DNA of 64,000 nucleotides from an uncultured beta proteobacterium. Its GTDB lineage: Bacteria > Pseudomonadota > Gammaproteobacteria > Burkholderiales > Casimicrobiaceae. The stretch is from positions 242,278 to 306,277 of the forward strand of contig CAVWIM010000018.1 in the NCBI GenBank assembly GCA_963755065.1. The letters run 5' to 3'. The notes under the pieces were generated by a model. It had not been told where the DNA came from and searched no databases. It saw nothing but the letters and a program-made list of their open reading frames with translations. A program made the position numbers and the translations under genes. This document shows, piece after piece, positions 35,758 to 51,463 of this stretch (position 1 is the first letter of the stretch; every line of letters starts with the position of its first letter).

Positions 35758-37491
35758 TCAGGCGGCTTTCGGTTTGCGCTTTTGCCAGTTGCCCTTGCCG
35801 TTGCGCGGCTTGGCCATGACCGGGTCGTCATCCGGAGGTGTTTCAGGCTCGGGTTCCTTGAGGCGGGTTCGCGCCAGCACGCCGGCCTCTTCGAGGATCG
35901 GGTAGGCAATCGAGCAGATATGCGAATTGATGCGCTTCAAGTCCGAAATGAGGTCGAGGTGCAGCGACGAGGTCTCGATGCTCTCCAGCGTATTGCCGGC
36001 GAGGCGCGTGAGGTGCGAGTCGGCATAGGCGCGCTCCAGGTCGCGGAACAGCACCTTTTGCGCGAGCAGTTCCTGCGCGCTCTTCAGGTCGCCATTCAGG
36101 AACACGCTCATGCCGAGGCGCAGGTTGGCCACGAGGCGCGCGTGCAGGTCGCAGATCTCGGCCATGCCGGCTTCGGAAAAATTGCGATGCTTCTCGATCT
36201 TCTTCTCCTCGAGGTCGATCAGCACGCGCTCGATGATGTCGCCGACCTGCTCCAGGTTGATCGTGAACGACACGATGTCCGCCCAGCGCCGGCCTTCCTT
36301 GTCGTCGAGCGCCTCGCGCGAAATCTGCGTCAGATAGAGCTTCACCGCCGTGTACAGCTCGTCGACGATGTCGTCCTTCTGCCGCAGCCGTTGCCGCCAG
36401 CGCGCGGTCGTTGGTCTTCATGACCGTCAGCATGCCGTTCAGCATGTCTTCGATGACGTCGCCGATGCGCATCGCCTCGCGCGCGGCGTTGGCGATCGCC
36501 AGCGTGGGCGTGGTCAGCGCGGAGGGATCGAGATGGCGCGGCGCGGCAGGGTTGTCGGCCGCGCGCTTGGCGGGCAGCAGCCGCTCGGCGATGCGCGCGA
36601 TCCTTTCGGTCCAGAAGATGAACAGCAGCGCCAGCGCGACGTTGAAGCACAGGTGGAACAGCACGACTTCGCGCGCCTTGTCGAGCTCGAGGGCGTCGAT
36701 CCAGCCGTCGATATGCGCCAAGGAACGGAATGGCGATCACGCAGCCGATCAGCTTGAACAGGAAATTGCCGAGCGTGACGCGCCGCGCTTCGGGCGGCGA
36801 GCGCAGCGTCGACAGCATGCCCAGCAGGCCGCTGCCGAGGTTGGCGCCCAGCACCAGGCCGAGCGCGACCGGCAGCGCGATCACGTGCAGCGACGCCAGC
36901 GTGGCGACCAGCAGGACGACGGCCAGGCTCGAGTAGCAGAGCATCGTGAACAGCGCGGCGACCAGCATGTCGAGCAGCACGTCGCCGGTCAGCGACGCGA
37001 AGATCACCTTGACGCCGGCGGCCTGCACGAACGGCTTGGCGGCGACCGAGATCCACTGCAGCGCGAACATGATGAGGCCGAGGCCGATCAGGATGCGGCC
37101 GAAGCGTCCGACGTTCGTCGCCTGCAGCGTCAGGAACAGCGTCACGCCGACGAAGATCAGCAGCGGGGCGAGCCACGACAGGTCGAACGACAGGATCAGC
37201 GTGACGAGCGACGTGCCGACATCGGCGCCCAGCATCACGGCCAGCGCCGGCGCGGTGCCGATGAGGCCCTGGCCGGCGAAGGCGGCGACGATCAGCGCGG
37301 TGGCCGTGCTGCTCTGGATCAGCCCGGTGACGCCCAGCCCCGCAAGGAAGGCCGTAGAAGCGCTGGCTGATGCTCTTGCGCAGCACGCGGCGCAGGTCGC
37401 CGCCGTACAGCCGCAGGATGCCCGTGCGCACGATGTGCGTGCCCCAGACGAGCAGCGACACGCCGGCCAGCAGGTTGAGCAGCGTCTGCAT
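35758..37491 (-). CDS. Na/Pi cotransporter family protein with PhoU-like C-terminus (YjbB-like), frameshifted
   Basis: QSSTAT, LGADVGT, YSSLAV, LGANLG, C-terminal [19 protein letters not shown]. Confidence 0.88.
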
Positions 37492-37507
37492 CTGTCAGAT
37501 GCGCGGG

Positions 37508-41153
<3,646 letters not shown>

Positions 41154-41230
41154 TCACAGCGCGCGAAAGTGCGTCCGCCCCGTTTGCCGCGTCATTTTCC
41201 GCTAACCCGTTCGCCTGAAGGAGCACATCG

Positions 41231-42279
41231 ATGAAATTCCACCGAGGCTTTCGCTGGCTGTCGTCCCTCTTCGCTGCCGCGGCGTTCGCGCTGTATCGGC
41301 GAGCGGGTCGGCGTCCGCGCAGAAGACGTCAACTCCTCGTCTACACGGCGCTCGAAGCCGATCAGATGAAGGCCTATGCCGATGGCTTCAACAAGGTCGT
41401 GCCGAACATCGAAATCCAGTGGGTGCAGGATTCGACCGGCGTGATCACGGCCCGGTTGCTCGCGGAAAAGGCCAATCCGCAGGCCGACGTCATCTGGGGA
41501 CTCGCCGCGACCAGCCTCGTGCGGTTCGAACGGACGGCATGCTGACGCCGTACGCGCCAAGCGGCCTCTGCGGCCATCAAGGCGTCCTATCGCGACGCCA
41601 AGAACCCGCCGTACTGGTTCGGCATGGACGTCTGGGGCGCCACCGTCTGCTTCAACACCGTCGAGGCGGCCAAGATGAACCTGCCCAAGCCCGAAACCTG
41701 GCAGGACCTGACCAAGCCGATCTACAAGGGCAGGATCGTCATGCCCAATCCCGCGTCGTCCGGAACGGGCTACCTCGACGTCACGTCGTGGCTGCAGATC
41801 TTCGGCGAGCAGGGCGGCTGGAAGTTCATGGACGCGCTGCACGAGAACATCGCGCAGTACGTGCACTCGGGCAGCAAGCCGTGCGTGCTCGCGGGCAATG
41901 GCGAGTTCCCGATCGGCATCTCGTTCGAATACCGCGCCAACACGATCAAGGCCAAGGGCGGCCCGATCGACCTGATCTTCCCCAAGGAAGGCCTGGGCTG
42001 GGACCTGGAGGCGTTCGGCATCATGAAGAACACGAAGAAACTGGATGCCGCCAAGAAATTGGCGGACTTCGCGTCGAGCAAGGCCGCGATGGACCTCTAT
42101 GCCAAGAACTACGCGATCGTCGCCATACCGGGTGCGGCCATCCCATCTGCCCAATATTCCGGCTGACTACGAGTCCCAGGCTGGTCAAGAACGATTTCGC
42201 GTGGGCCGCCAACAATCGCGACAAGATTCTCGCGGAGTGGACCAAGCGCTACGACAGCAAGTCCGAACCCAAGAAATAG
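41231..42279 (+). CDS. Putative 2-aminoethylphosphonate ABC substrate-binding protein, frameshifted
   Basis: [61 protein letters not shown]; context with phnW. Confidence 0.85.
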
Positions 42280-42296
42280 ACGTCTGCCTGCGCCAA

Positions 42297-42321
42297 CGCG
42301 CCCCGCCTCCCGCGGGGCGCG
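42297..42321. other. GC hairpin after the binding-protein gene (possible mRNA stabiliser)
   Basis: cgcgccccgc-ctccc-gcggggcgcg, no U-tract. Confidence 0.45.
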
Positions 42322-42344
42322 CTTACATCACGGGGACCGCTCTC

Positions 42345-43420
42345 GTGACCGACGACTCCTACCTGCGGCTTTCGGGCATCAACAAGAGCTTCGGCAAATT
42401 CGAGGCGTTGAAGGACATCGCGCTGGAAGTCCGGCGCGGCGAACTGATGGTTTTCCTGGGCCCTCCGGCTGCGGCAAGACCACGCTGCTGCGCATCATCG
42501 CCGGCCTCGAAACGCAGGATACGGGAACGATCCACCAGGATGGGCGGGACATTTCGCGGCTTGCCCGCGATCCGGCGCGACTACGGAATCGTCTTCCAGT
42601 CCTACGCGTTGTTTCCGAACCTCACGATCCGCGCCAACGTCGCGTACGGACTCGTCAACCGCCGGCAGGCGCGCGGCGCGATCGCGGCGCGCGTCGCGGA
42701 ACTTGCTTAAAGCTCGTCGGGCTGCCCGACGCCGGCGCCAAGTACCCGGGGCAATTATCCGGCGGACAACAGCAGCGGATCGCGCTTGCGCGCGCGCTCG
42801 CCACCGCGCCGGGATTGCTGTTGCTGGACGAGCCGTTGTCGGCGCTCGACGCACTCGAACGCGTCCGGCTGCGCGGCGAAATCCGCGCACTGCAGCAGCG
42901 GCTGGGCGTGACGACCGTGATGGTGACGCACGACCAGGAAGAGGCGCTTTCGATGGCCGATCGCATCGTGGTCATGCATGCCGGCCGGATCGAGCAGGTC
43001 GGCACGCCGCGGGAAATCTACGAAGCGCCCGCGACGCCGTTCGTCGCTGACTTCGTCGGCAAGATCAATGTGCTGCCCGGCCGTGGCGGAAGGCGGAGGG
43101 CAATTCCGCGTCGGGCGCGGTTTCGCTTGCCGTCGCGCGCCCGGATATCGCGGCCGGCACGGCCGTGAAGCTTTACCTGCGTCCGGAAGAGATCGGGCTG
43201 AATGCCGCCGGCGCGCGTGAACGGCAATACGCTCGGCGCGCGGATCGCCAAGGTCGAATTCCTCGGCGCCTTCTGCATGGTGGGGCTGACGCTCGACGCC
43301 GGCGGCGCGCCGGCACTGGTCGCGAACGTGCCGCGCCAAGACGTCGACGAGGGCAACATGATGGCGGGGCAGTCCGTCACGGTGAGCCTGCCTCCCGACG
43401 CGCTGCGCATCCTTGGATAA
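42345..43420 (+). CDS. AEP ABC transporter ATP-binding protein, frameshifted
   Basis: GxSGCGKTT (across indel), [37 protein letters not shown]-like end. Confidence 0.85.
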
Positions 43421-43427
43421 GGGAGAC

Positions 43428-45201
43428 ATGAGCAGTGCAGCGGCAGCGGCACCGGCCGCATGCGCGGGGATCCTTGAGCACGCCTGCGATCCTCCCGGGA
43501 ACAAGGGCCGCGACCCGCCCGCGCGTTCACTGGCAGGACCGGCTGGCGCAAGGACTGCTGCTCGGTTGTTGCGCCGTGCTCGCGCTGTTCCTGCTGGGAC
43601 CGATGGCGAGCGATCCTGGTCGAAGCGTTCAGGACAAGGGCGGCGCATTCGTCGGATTGCTGCAATTCCGCGAATATTTCGCCACGCCGGCATTGATGAG
43701 CTCCATCTGGAATACCTTCTGGGTGGCGGTCATCGTGACCGCCATCACCATTCCGCTCGCGTTTGCGTACGCGTATGCGCTCACGCGCTCGTGCATGCGC
43801 GGCAAGATCATTTTTCGCGTCATCGCGCTGACGCCGATTCTCGCGCCGTCGCTGCTGGCGGCGATTTCGTTCATCCAGTGGTTCGGCAACCAGGGCGCGC
43901 TGAAGTGGCTGCTTTATGGCGCCTCGATTTACGGGCCGCTCGGCATCATCGTCTCCGCCATTTACGCGACGTTTCCGCATGCGCTGATGATCGTTCTCAC
44001 GTCGCTGCTCCTGACCGATGGCCGTCTCTACGAGGCGGCGGAGTCGTTGCGCACGCCGACGTGGCGCAGGTTTTTCACGATCACGCTGCCCGGCGCGAAA
44101 TTCGGGCTGATCAGTGCCACGATGGTCGTGTTTTCGTACACCGTCAGCGACTTCGGCATTCCCAAGGTGATCGGCGGCAACTTCAACGTGCTTGCGGTGG
44201 ACATCTACAAGCTGGTGATCGGCCAGCAGAACTTCAACAAGGGCGCCGTGGTCGGCCTGGTGCTGCTGTTTCCCGTGCTGGTCGCGTTCATCGTCGACTG
44301 GATCATGCAGGGCGCCAGCAGGCACTGTTCTCCGCGCGTGCCGTGCCCTATGCGCCGAAACCCGCGCCGTGGTTCGACCGCGGGATGTTCGTGTACTGCC
44401 TCGTCATCGCGTCTGCTGCTGCTCGCCGTGCTCGGCATGGCGGTCTACACGTCGTTCATCAAGTTCTGGCCGTACGACAAGTCGATGAGCCTGCGCCACT
44501 ACGTCTTCGGACTCGTCGACGCGGGTGCGCTGGACGCCTATGTCAACAGCCTCAAGATGGCGCTCGCGGTGGCGGTGGGCGGCACGGCATTCATCTTCGG
44601 CTGCGCCTACCTGCTCGAAAAAACGAGGGGGGTGCCGCTGCTCAAGGCGTTCGTGCGCCTTCTCGCCGCCATTCCGATGGGCGTGCCCGGCATGGTGCTC
44701 GGCTTAGGCTACATCCTCTTCTTCATCGATCCAGCCAATCCGCTGAACGGACTCTACGGGACGCTCGGGATCCTGGTGTTCTCGACCGTCGTCCACTACT
44801 ACACATCGAGCCACCTGACGGCAGTGACGGCGCTGAAGGCGCTCGACAGCGAATTCGAGGCCGTCTCGGCTTCGCTCAAGGTGCCGTTCTACAAGACGTT
44901 CTTCCGGGTGACCGTGCCGGTTTGCCTGCCCGCGATTCTCGACATCGGCCGGTACCTTTTCGTCAATGCGATGGTGACTATTTCCGCCGTCATTTTCCTG
45001 TATACGCCGCAGACGCGATTGGCGTCGATCGCGATCCTCCGGCTCGACGAGTTCGGCGAGATCGGCCCCGCCGCCGCAATGGCGACGCTGATCGTGATCA
45101 CCTCCACGGCCATCTGCCTTGTCTATGCCGTGCTGACGCGCTTCATCGTCACGCGCACGCAGGCGTGGCGAAGCCCGTCGTTCTCTAAGGAAATGCCATG
45201 A
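43428..45201 (+). CDS. AEP ABC transporter fused double permease, frameshifted
   Basis: LAPSLL, RLYEAAESL, DFGIPKVIGG, EFEAVSASLKVP; two EAA loops. Confidence 0.85.
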
Positions 45202-46351
45202 GCCTTCATTCCCGCGATCCCATCCTGCTCACACCCGGCCCGCTGACCACGTCGCTCGCCGACCAAGATGGCGATGCTGCGCGACTGGGGCTCGTGGGAC
45301 GCGGAGTTCAACGCGGTGACCGCGCAGGTCCGGCGCAAGCTCACCGACATCGTCCATGCGAGGGAAACCCACACGTGCGTGCCGATGCAGGGCAGCGGGA
45401 CGTTCGCGATCGAGGCGGCGGTCAACACGCTCGTGCCGCGCGCGCGGCCACGTGCTGGTGCTGATCAACGGCGCCTACGGCAAGCGGTTCGCGAAGCTGA
45501 CCGAGATGATGGGACGGCGGCTGACGACGTTCGAAACCGCCGACGACGTGCCGACGACGGCGGACGACGTCGACCAGATGCTCGCGAAGGAGCCCTCGAT
45601 CACGCACGTGGGCCTCATCCATTGCGAGACGTCGACGGGCATCCACAATCCTCTCGCCGCGATCGCCGAAGTCGTGGCGCGCCATGGCAAGGGACTCATC
45701 GTCGACGCGATGAGCTCTTTCGGCGCGCTGCCCATCGATGCGCGCGCGACCCCCTTCGACGCGCTGATCGCGGCCTCGGGCAAATGCGTCGAGGGGCCGC
45801 CCGGCATGGGCTTCGTGCTGGTGCGCAACGGGCTTGCTCGAACGCTGCGCGGGCAATTCGACGTCGTTCGCACTGGACCTGGCCGACCAGTGGGCGTACA
45901 TGGAGAAGACGACGCAATGGCGATTCACGCCGCCGACGCACGTCGTCGTCGCGCTCAATGCGGCGCTCGACCAGTACATCGCCGAGGGCGGGCAGCCCGC
46001 GCGGCTTGGCGCGCTACACGGCAAATTACGACGACGCTCGATGCCGGGATGCGCGAGCTGGGGTTCAAGCCGTTCCTCGATCCTGCGATCCAGGCGCCGA
46101 TCATCGTGACGTTCCATGCGCCCGCCGATCCCCGCGCATACGCGTTCAAGGAGTTCTACGATCGCGTGCGCGACAAGGGCTTCATCCTGTATCCCGGCAA
46201 GCTCACGCAACTCGAAACCTTTCGCGTCGGCTGCATCGGCGCCATCGGTCCGGACGAGATGCGGCATGCGGTCAACGCCGTGCGCGATACGCTGCTGGAA
46301 ATGGGCATCAAGCACGTCGCGCCGGCTCACGCGCGGCGTGCGGCTGCCTGA
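45198..46351 (+). CDS. phnW: 2-aminoethylphosphonate--pyruvate transaminase, frameshifted
   Basis: [59 protein letters not shown]. Confidence 0.95.
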
Positions 46352-47196
46352 GCGCGCAAGAGCCCCTTCAGTCCGTTGTACGCCGGCATCGCGGGATCTA
46401 CGGCGCCCTGGCGCAGCAGGAAGTCCAGCACGACGAGGCTCGCGTCGGCCGTGACTTCGTCCGGCTCGTCGGTCAGGGCGATCAGCCGCGCCGCCTCGTC
46501 CATCGCGACGAGGCGGTGGTCGACGGCTTCGCCATCCTGGTTGGCGGGAGCGAAATCACCGGGGAGCCACAGGTCATGCACGAAGATCGTCTCCGACTGA
46601 AGGCCGTCCGGCTGCTCGCGCCAGATGTGCACGGCGCCTGCAGGCTGCGCGCGCAAGGCCAGATCCGTCTTTATGCCGGCTTCCTCCCACGCTTCCTTGG
46701 CCAGCGTCTCGCCGACCGTTTCCCCCGCCGCGATGCCGCCGCCCACGAGGTTGTCGAGCTTGCGAGGATCGATGGCCTTGCCCTCGCTGCGGCGCGCGAA
46801 CCACATCTGCGCCTTCGGCGGCCCACGGACGACGCCATTGATATGCGCCGCCCAGGTATGCACGCCGAAGTAGCGCGCGGCCGCCCGCTCGAGCAGAAAC
46901 CAGGGCGGGGCGCCGAAAGCCGGCGCCGCCGCGTAGAGTTCGTCCCGCCACTGCGTGAGCGCCCCTTCGGCGGCCAGCGTCGCGGTAACATCCGCCATCG
47001 CCTTGCTGCGCGACTGTTCGTCGGCGAGCGAGGGAAGGAACGACACGCCGTCGCTGTTCACCGCAAAGACATCGGCAAAGTCCGCGAGCCGTGCCGCGCG
47101 GTGCTCGTCGAGCCAGCCCGCAATGGGCCGTCCCGACTCGCAGCGGACGCAGCAAGTGGCTCCGGCGGTCGCGAGCGCACGCCGAAGGCGGGTCAA
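46327..47196 (-). CDS. DUF4743/NUDIX hydrolase
   Basis: [32 protein letters not shown] Nudix box, NQDGEA. Confidence 0.8.
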   Translation of the reverse strand: MTRLRRALATAGATCCVRCESGRPIAGWLDEHRAARLADFADVFAVNSDGVSFLPSLADEQSRSKAMADVTATLAAEGALTQWRDELYAAAPAFGAPPWFLLERAAARYFGVHTWAAHINGVVRGPPKAQMWFARRSEGKAIDPRKLDNLVGGGIAAGETVGETLAKEAWEEAGIKTDLALRAQPAGAVHIWREQPDGLQSETIFVHDLWLPGDFAPANQDGEAVDHRLVAMDEAARLIALTDEPDEVTADASLVVLDFLLRQGAVDPAMPAYNGLKGLLRAQAAARRA

Positions 47197-47273
47197 GAAT
47201 GCGCATTGGCTGCGACGTTACCGATCACTGCGCCGGATTCCAACTCTTTTCTTCCTCAAGGATTGTGACTGTC

Positions 47274-47951
47274 ATGGCCCACGACATCCTGGCGTTGTTC
47301 GACCTCGACCACACGCTGCTGCCCAACGACAGCGACGAGCAGTGGGTCGAATTCCTGCTTGCGCGCGGCAAGCTCGATCGCGCGACTTTCGAAGCCGCGA
47401 ACCTCGAACTGGGCGAGCGCTATCGGCGCGGCGAGGCGGGCGCCATCGAATTCACCGAGTTCTACCTGTCGACGCTGAAGCCGTTCACGGCGGAGGAATT
47501 GGACGGCGCTTGCACCGCGACGTTCATGCGCGAGCGCATCCTGCCTTCGATCGCGCCTGCGGCGCGCGCAACTCATCGCCAAGCATCGCGGGCTCGGCCA
47601 TTTCATGATCCTGACGACGGCGACCAGCCGCTTTCTGACCGCGCCCATCGCGCGCGAGCTGGGCTTCGAGAATCACATCGCGACCGAGCCGGAGATGAAG
47701 CAGGGCCGCTACACCGGGCCGCGTCGTCGGTACGCCCAACATGCGCGAAGGCAAGGTCGAGCGTCTGCTGGCGTGGCTTGCCGCGCGCAACATGCGGCTC
47801 TCCGACTTTCCGCGAGAGCTGGTTCTACAGCGATTCGCAGAACGACCTGCCGCTGCTTTCGCACGTGACCCACCCGGTCGCCGTGAACGCCGACCCGGTG
47901 CTAGCCGCGCACGCGCGGCACAAGGGGTGGCCGCAGATCGTGATCGGGTGA
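47274..47951 (+). CDS. HAD-IB family phosphatase (SerB/histidinol-phosphatase-like), frameshifted
   Basis: FDLDHTLL motif I, TAT motif [15 protein letters not shown]. Confidence 0.85.
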   Translation: MAHDILALFDLDHTLLPNDSDEQWVEFLLARGKLDRATFEAANLELGERYRRGEAGAIEFTEFYLSTLKPFTAEELDGACTATFMRERILPSIAPAARATHRQASRARPFHDPDDGDQPLSDRAHRARAGLRESHRDRAGDEAGPLHRAASSVRPTCAKARSSVCWRGLPRATCGSPTFRESWFYSDSQNDLPLLSHVTHPVAVNADPVLAAHARHKGWPQIVIG

Positions 47952-47999
47952 CCAGGTCGTGCCGCCAGTGCGCCATAGATGAGGAAAATAAAGCCATAG

Positions 48000-48995
48000 T
48001 TGCAAACGATAGCAACAACAGGTGATCGGCGAACGCCTTCCAGCAGCAGTCCTTGAACCCGATTAAACCGCAGGCGATCAGGAGTGCGGCGCGCCATGCG
48101 CGCTGGGCATTGGTCCGAGGCGATCAGGATGCGAGCAAATCAATGGCTGAAGTGGCGATACCAATGGTCGGCAACGATGAAGGCTGCAAGTGAATCAACC
48201 AGGCCGAGCTGGACGGCAAAGGCATCAGTCCCGCGGCGGCCGAACACAATCAACTGCAAGCAGGGCGAGCCCTCGCGGCAGCGCAGATGGGCCAGCACGT
48301 CGCGAGCAGTGGAAGATCGGCAAGCCGTCGACATCGATTGGGCGCGAACAACGCGACGCAAAAGCCGAACCACTGATTGGGCGGATAAGCCGCAACCCTT
48401 GAAGGCTACATCGAAAAAGCTGTGCACGTAGTCCAGTCGAGCCGATCCTCCGCCATAATCAGCATTGGCGAGCACGCCGATTATGAGCCCACCAGCAAAG
48501 GCCGCGACACGCTCTCCAGTCACGCTGCCAGACAAGGTAGGGCCAAGGCAATCGCGATAAGGTTCGATCGAGGCTGAAAGCCAGGGCGATGCCGGCTAGC
48601 CACGGCCGGTCGCGTTGATCGAGCAGCAGGAAGCCGGCGAGCGCAGCCAGCACGAGCGCGTTCGCTTGTCCGAGACACAACTTGTGACGGTCGGCACAAA
48701 GAATGCCGCGCCCCGAAAGGGCACGGGTCGATCCAGCGTCGGCGCAGGAATCGCGAGAGGCACAACGGCAGGCATGAGCCGCTACAAACTCGCCACGGCA
48801 GTGCGGCGGCAAATGGCAATGCGAATCGGGCGCAGGACGCCGGCGAGAAGCGGCGGACAGATAGCGTTCGTCATAATTGGCGACCTGCGCGGTTGGCCTG
48901 CCAACGTGTGCCGAATCAGACTCGCTCAGTGTGTAAGATGTTGCGCTCTGCTGCAAGGCAGCCGCTGCCTAGACAAATAGGCCGCAAAATCGACG
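48000..48995 (-). pseudogene. Decayed GT87/DUF2029-like membrane glycosyltransferase remnant
   Basis: Fragments VDFAAY, LCLGQANALVLAALA, RPWLAGIALA in different frames; no intact start; visibly lower GC and many more breaks than neighbours. Confidence 0.5.
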
Positions 48996-48997
48996 CG

Positions 48998-49072
48998 TCA
49001 TAAGGTCCGCGCGCGGTCCACGTCTTCCATCGTGGCTCCCTTGACCTCGTGGATGTCCATGTACATCGGCAT
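48998..49072 (-). pseudogene. 5' stub of a DUF4242 (SCO4226-like) gene
   Basis: GGAGGT RBS followed by MPMYMDIHEVKGATMEDV, then abrupt stop after 24 codons. Confidence 0.6.
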
Positions 49073-49102
49073 TGCGACCTCCGAAAAATGCGGCCTCGAC
49101 GT

Positions 49103-49608
49103 CTAGACCAGTCGGCGTGACACCGTGATATCCGGGGACCGGCGCAGCGTTTGGTAGACGACGCAGTAGCGCTCGGTGAGGCGCATCAGCGTGGCCAGCT
49201 GTTCTTCGGACGCGTCGGTCTCGAGGTCGAAATGCAGGCGGATCCGCTGGAAGCCGACCGGCGCGTCCTTGGCGACACCCAGCGTGCCGCGAAAGTCGAG
49301 ATCGCCTTCGGCGCGAACCGCGCCGCTTCGAATCACGAGCCGAGCGCCGTCGCCACCGCGTTCAGCGTCACGCCGGCGCAGGCCACCAGCGCCTCGAGCA
49401 GCATGTCGCCCGAGCAGGCGCTCAGGCCATTACCGCCCGTGGCCGGATGCAGCCCCGCCGTGACAAGCGCCTTGCCGGTCGCAACCTTGCAGGTGACGCC
49501 TTCGCCGAGCCGGCCCTCCGCCTTCAGCGTAATCAGCGCGGCATCGGGACGCTCCTTGTAGCGGTCCTTCAGGGGTGCCTGGATGGCTCGAAGTTCTTCC
49601 ATCTTCAT
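49103..49608 (-). CDS. OsmC family protein (frameshift ~49335)
   Basis: ACSGDMLLEALVACAGVT, GDLDFRGTLGV, LTERYCVVYQTL. Confidence 0.88.
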
Positions 49609-49757
49609 TGAGCACTCCATGTCGTGTTGCGCTCTGGTGATTGTACATCGGAGCTTGACCGGCACCGGCAGATTCTAAATACTCCGAATGCAGGGTTCGA
49701 GTACCGATCCAAGGGGTAAACTCCCGCGAACATACAAACTCAACTGGGAGAACGAAG

Positions 49758-50273
49758 ATGATTTATTCCAGGAACAGAGCGTGGCTTGTGTTCGGAGTTG
49801 TCGCATTGGCGGGAACGATGGCGGTTCGTGCGCACGCGGCGAGTGCGGATGAGGCCGCGATCCGCGCACAAACCACAAGCTGGGAGAAAGCGTATAACGG
49901 CGGCGACGCGAAAACGGTCGCTGCGCTTTACGCCGACGACGCCTTGCTGCTTCCACCGGGCGCGCCCGGCGTGCGCGGGAGGGCGGCGATCCTGGAGTTC
50001 ATCACCAAGGATATCGCGAGCTCGAAAGCGGCGGGCGCGGTCTTTGCGATTACCCCAAACACCGACGTCGGTATCTCGGGCGACATGGGCTGGGAATCGG
50101 GGACGTACAAAGTGCTGGTGAAGGGTGCGGCTGTTGAGACAGGCAAGTTCCTCTCGGTCTCCCGCAAGAAGGATGGAAAGTGGCTCTACATCCGCGACAC
50201 GTGGAACGCGGATGCGCCGTCCGCGCCACTCCCGCCGCCGAGTGCGCCAGCGGCACCCGCGATGAAGAAATAA
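49758..50273 (+). CDS. Secreted SnoaL/DUF4440 (NTF2-like) protein
   Basis: Signal peptide, [21 protein letters not shown]...[12 protein letters not shown]. Confidence 0.8.
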   Translation: MIYSRNRAWLVFGVVALAGTMAVRAHAASADEAAIRAQTTSWEKAYNGGDAKTVAALYADDALLLPPGAPGVRGRAAILEFITKDIASSKAAGAVFAITPNTDVGISGDMGWESGTYKVLVKGAAVETGKFLSVSRKKDGKWLYIRDTWNADAPSAPLPPPSAPAAPAMKK

Positions 50274-50295
50274 GCTGCGGATTTCGGCGGACCCG

Positions 50296-51154
50296 ATGAC
50301 CGCCCGCATCATCGACGGCAGGGCTGTCGCCAGGACGGTTGTCGACCAGGTCCGCGCCGACGTTGCGGCGTACGTGGCGGCAGGCGGCGCCGCGCCTGGA
50401 TTGGCGGTCGTGCTGGTCGGCGACAGTGCCGCGTCGCAGGTCTACGTGAGCAACAAGCGCAAGACAACCGAAACCGTCGGGATGCGCTCGTTTGCGCACG
50501 ATCTTCCGGCAACGGCCAGCGAGGCGGAACTGTTAGCACTCGTCGACCGCCTCAACGCCGATCCTGCAGTCAACGCCATCCTGGTGCAACTGCCGCTGCC
50601 CAAGCATATCGACCCCGAGCACGTGATCGAGCGCATCGATCCGAAGAAGGACGTCGATGGTTTCCACCCGTACAACATCGGCCGGCTGGTGCAGAAGCGT
50701 CCGACGCTGCGTCCCTGCACGCCGTTCGGGTGCATGCGGCTCTTGCAGGAGACCGGCGAAGACCTGGTCGGCAAGCACGCCGTGGTCATCGGGCAATCGA
50801 ACATCGTCGGCAGGCCGATGGCGCTGGAACTGCTGATGGCGCGCTGCACGGTGACGATCTGCCATTCCGCGACGCGCGACCTGCCGGGCATCGTGCGCCA
50901 GGGCGACATCGTCGTCGCCGGTGTGGGCAGGCCGAAGTTCGTCGCCGGCGACTGGATCAAGCCGGGGGCCATCGTCATCGATGTCGGCATCAACCGGCTG
51001 CCCGACGGCAAATTGTGCGGCGACGTCGACTTCGATGCCGGCGAAGAATGTGGCGGGCTGGATCACCCCGGTGCCGGGCGGCGTGGGGCCGATGACGATC
51101 GCGACGCTGCTGGCGAATACGCTGCGCGCGGCGCAGTGGCAGGCGCGACGCTAA
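50296..51154 (+). CDS. folD: Methylenetetrahydrofolate dehydrogenase/cyclohydrolase (frameshift ~51040)
   Basis: [44 protein letters not shown]. Confidence 0.97.
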
Positions 51155-51280
51155 GCGCAGTAGCCTGCGGCCGCTCGGCACCGTTCGTCGCCCCGACATT
51201 CAGCCTTCATCGTTCGGGCATGGACATTGCTGCGGATCACCACGGAGGCGCACTTGGTGCGCCGAATCTGGGAGCGATCA

Positions 51281-51424
51281 ATGCTGATTCCCTTCTGGTG
51301 GGTGGTGGTGGCGTTCATTCTTGGCGGTACGGGCGGCCTGCTGGGCCTGGCCATTTTGTCGGCCATGGCCGACTTGGAAGAACGCGACGCCGCGAGTTTC
51401 GACGGTATCAGCCAAACGCGTTGA
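51281..51424 (+). CDS. Small (47 aa) single-TM protein of unknown function
   Basis: GGAG RBS; [29 protein letters not shown] hydrophobic stretch with acidic tail. Confidence 0.55.
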   Translation: MLIPFWWVVVAFILGGTGGLLGLAILSAMADLEERDAASFDGISQTR

Positions 51425-51463
51425 CGGCCGGTTGCGCCCCCGCGGCGCAGATGCGTGACTGCG

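Noticed and set aside
41160-41210. Possible Pho box upstream of the AEP binding-protein gene
   Set aside because: Only one weak half-site (gcgtcat); no 11-bp-spaced direct repeat.
47274-47951. HAD hydrolase near phnW as phosphonatase PhnX
   Set aside because: Motif I is DLDHT (HAD-IB), not the DWAGT of PhnX, and PhnY/PhnA already handle phosphonoacetaldehyde.
50296-51154. folD as part of the phosphonate demethylation system
   Set aside because: Metabolically compatible, but it is a housekeeping gene separated by unrelated genes; no sequence evidence of co-regulation.
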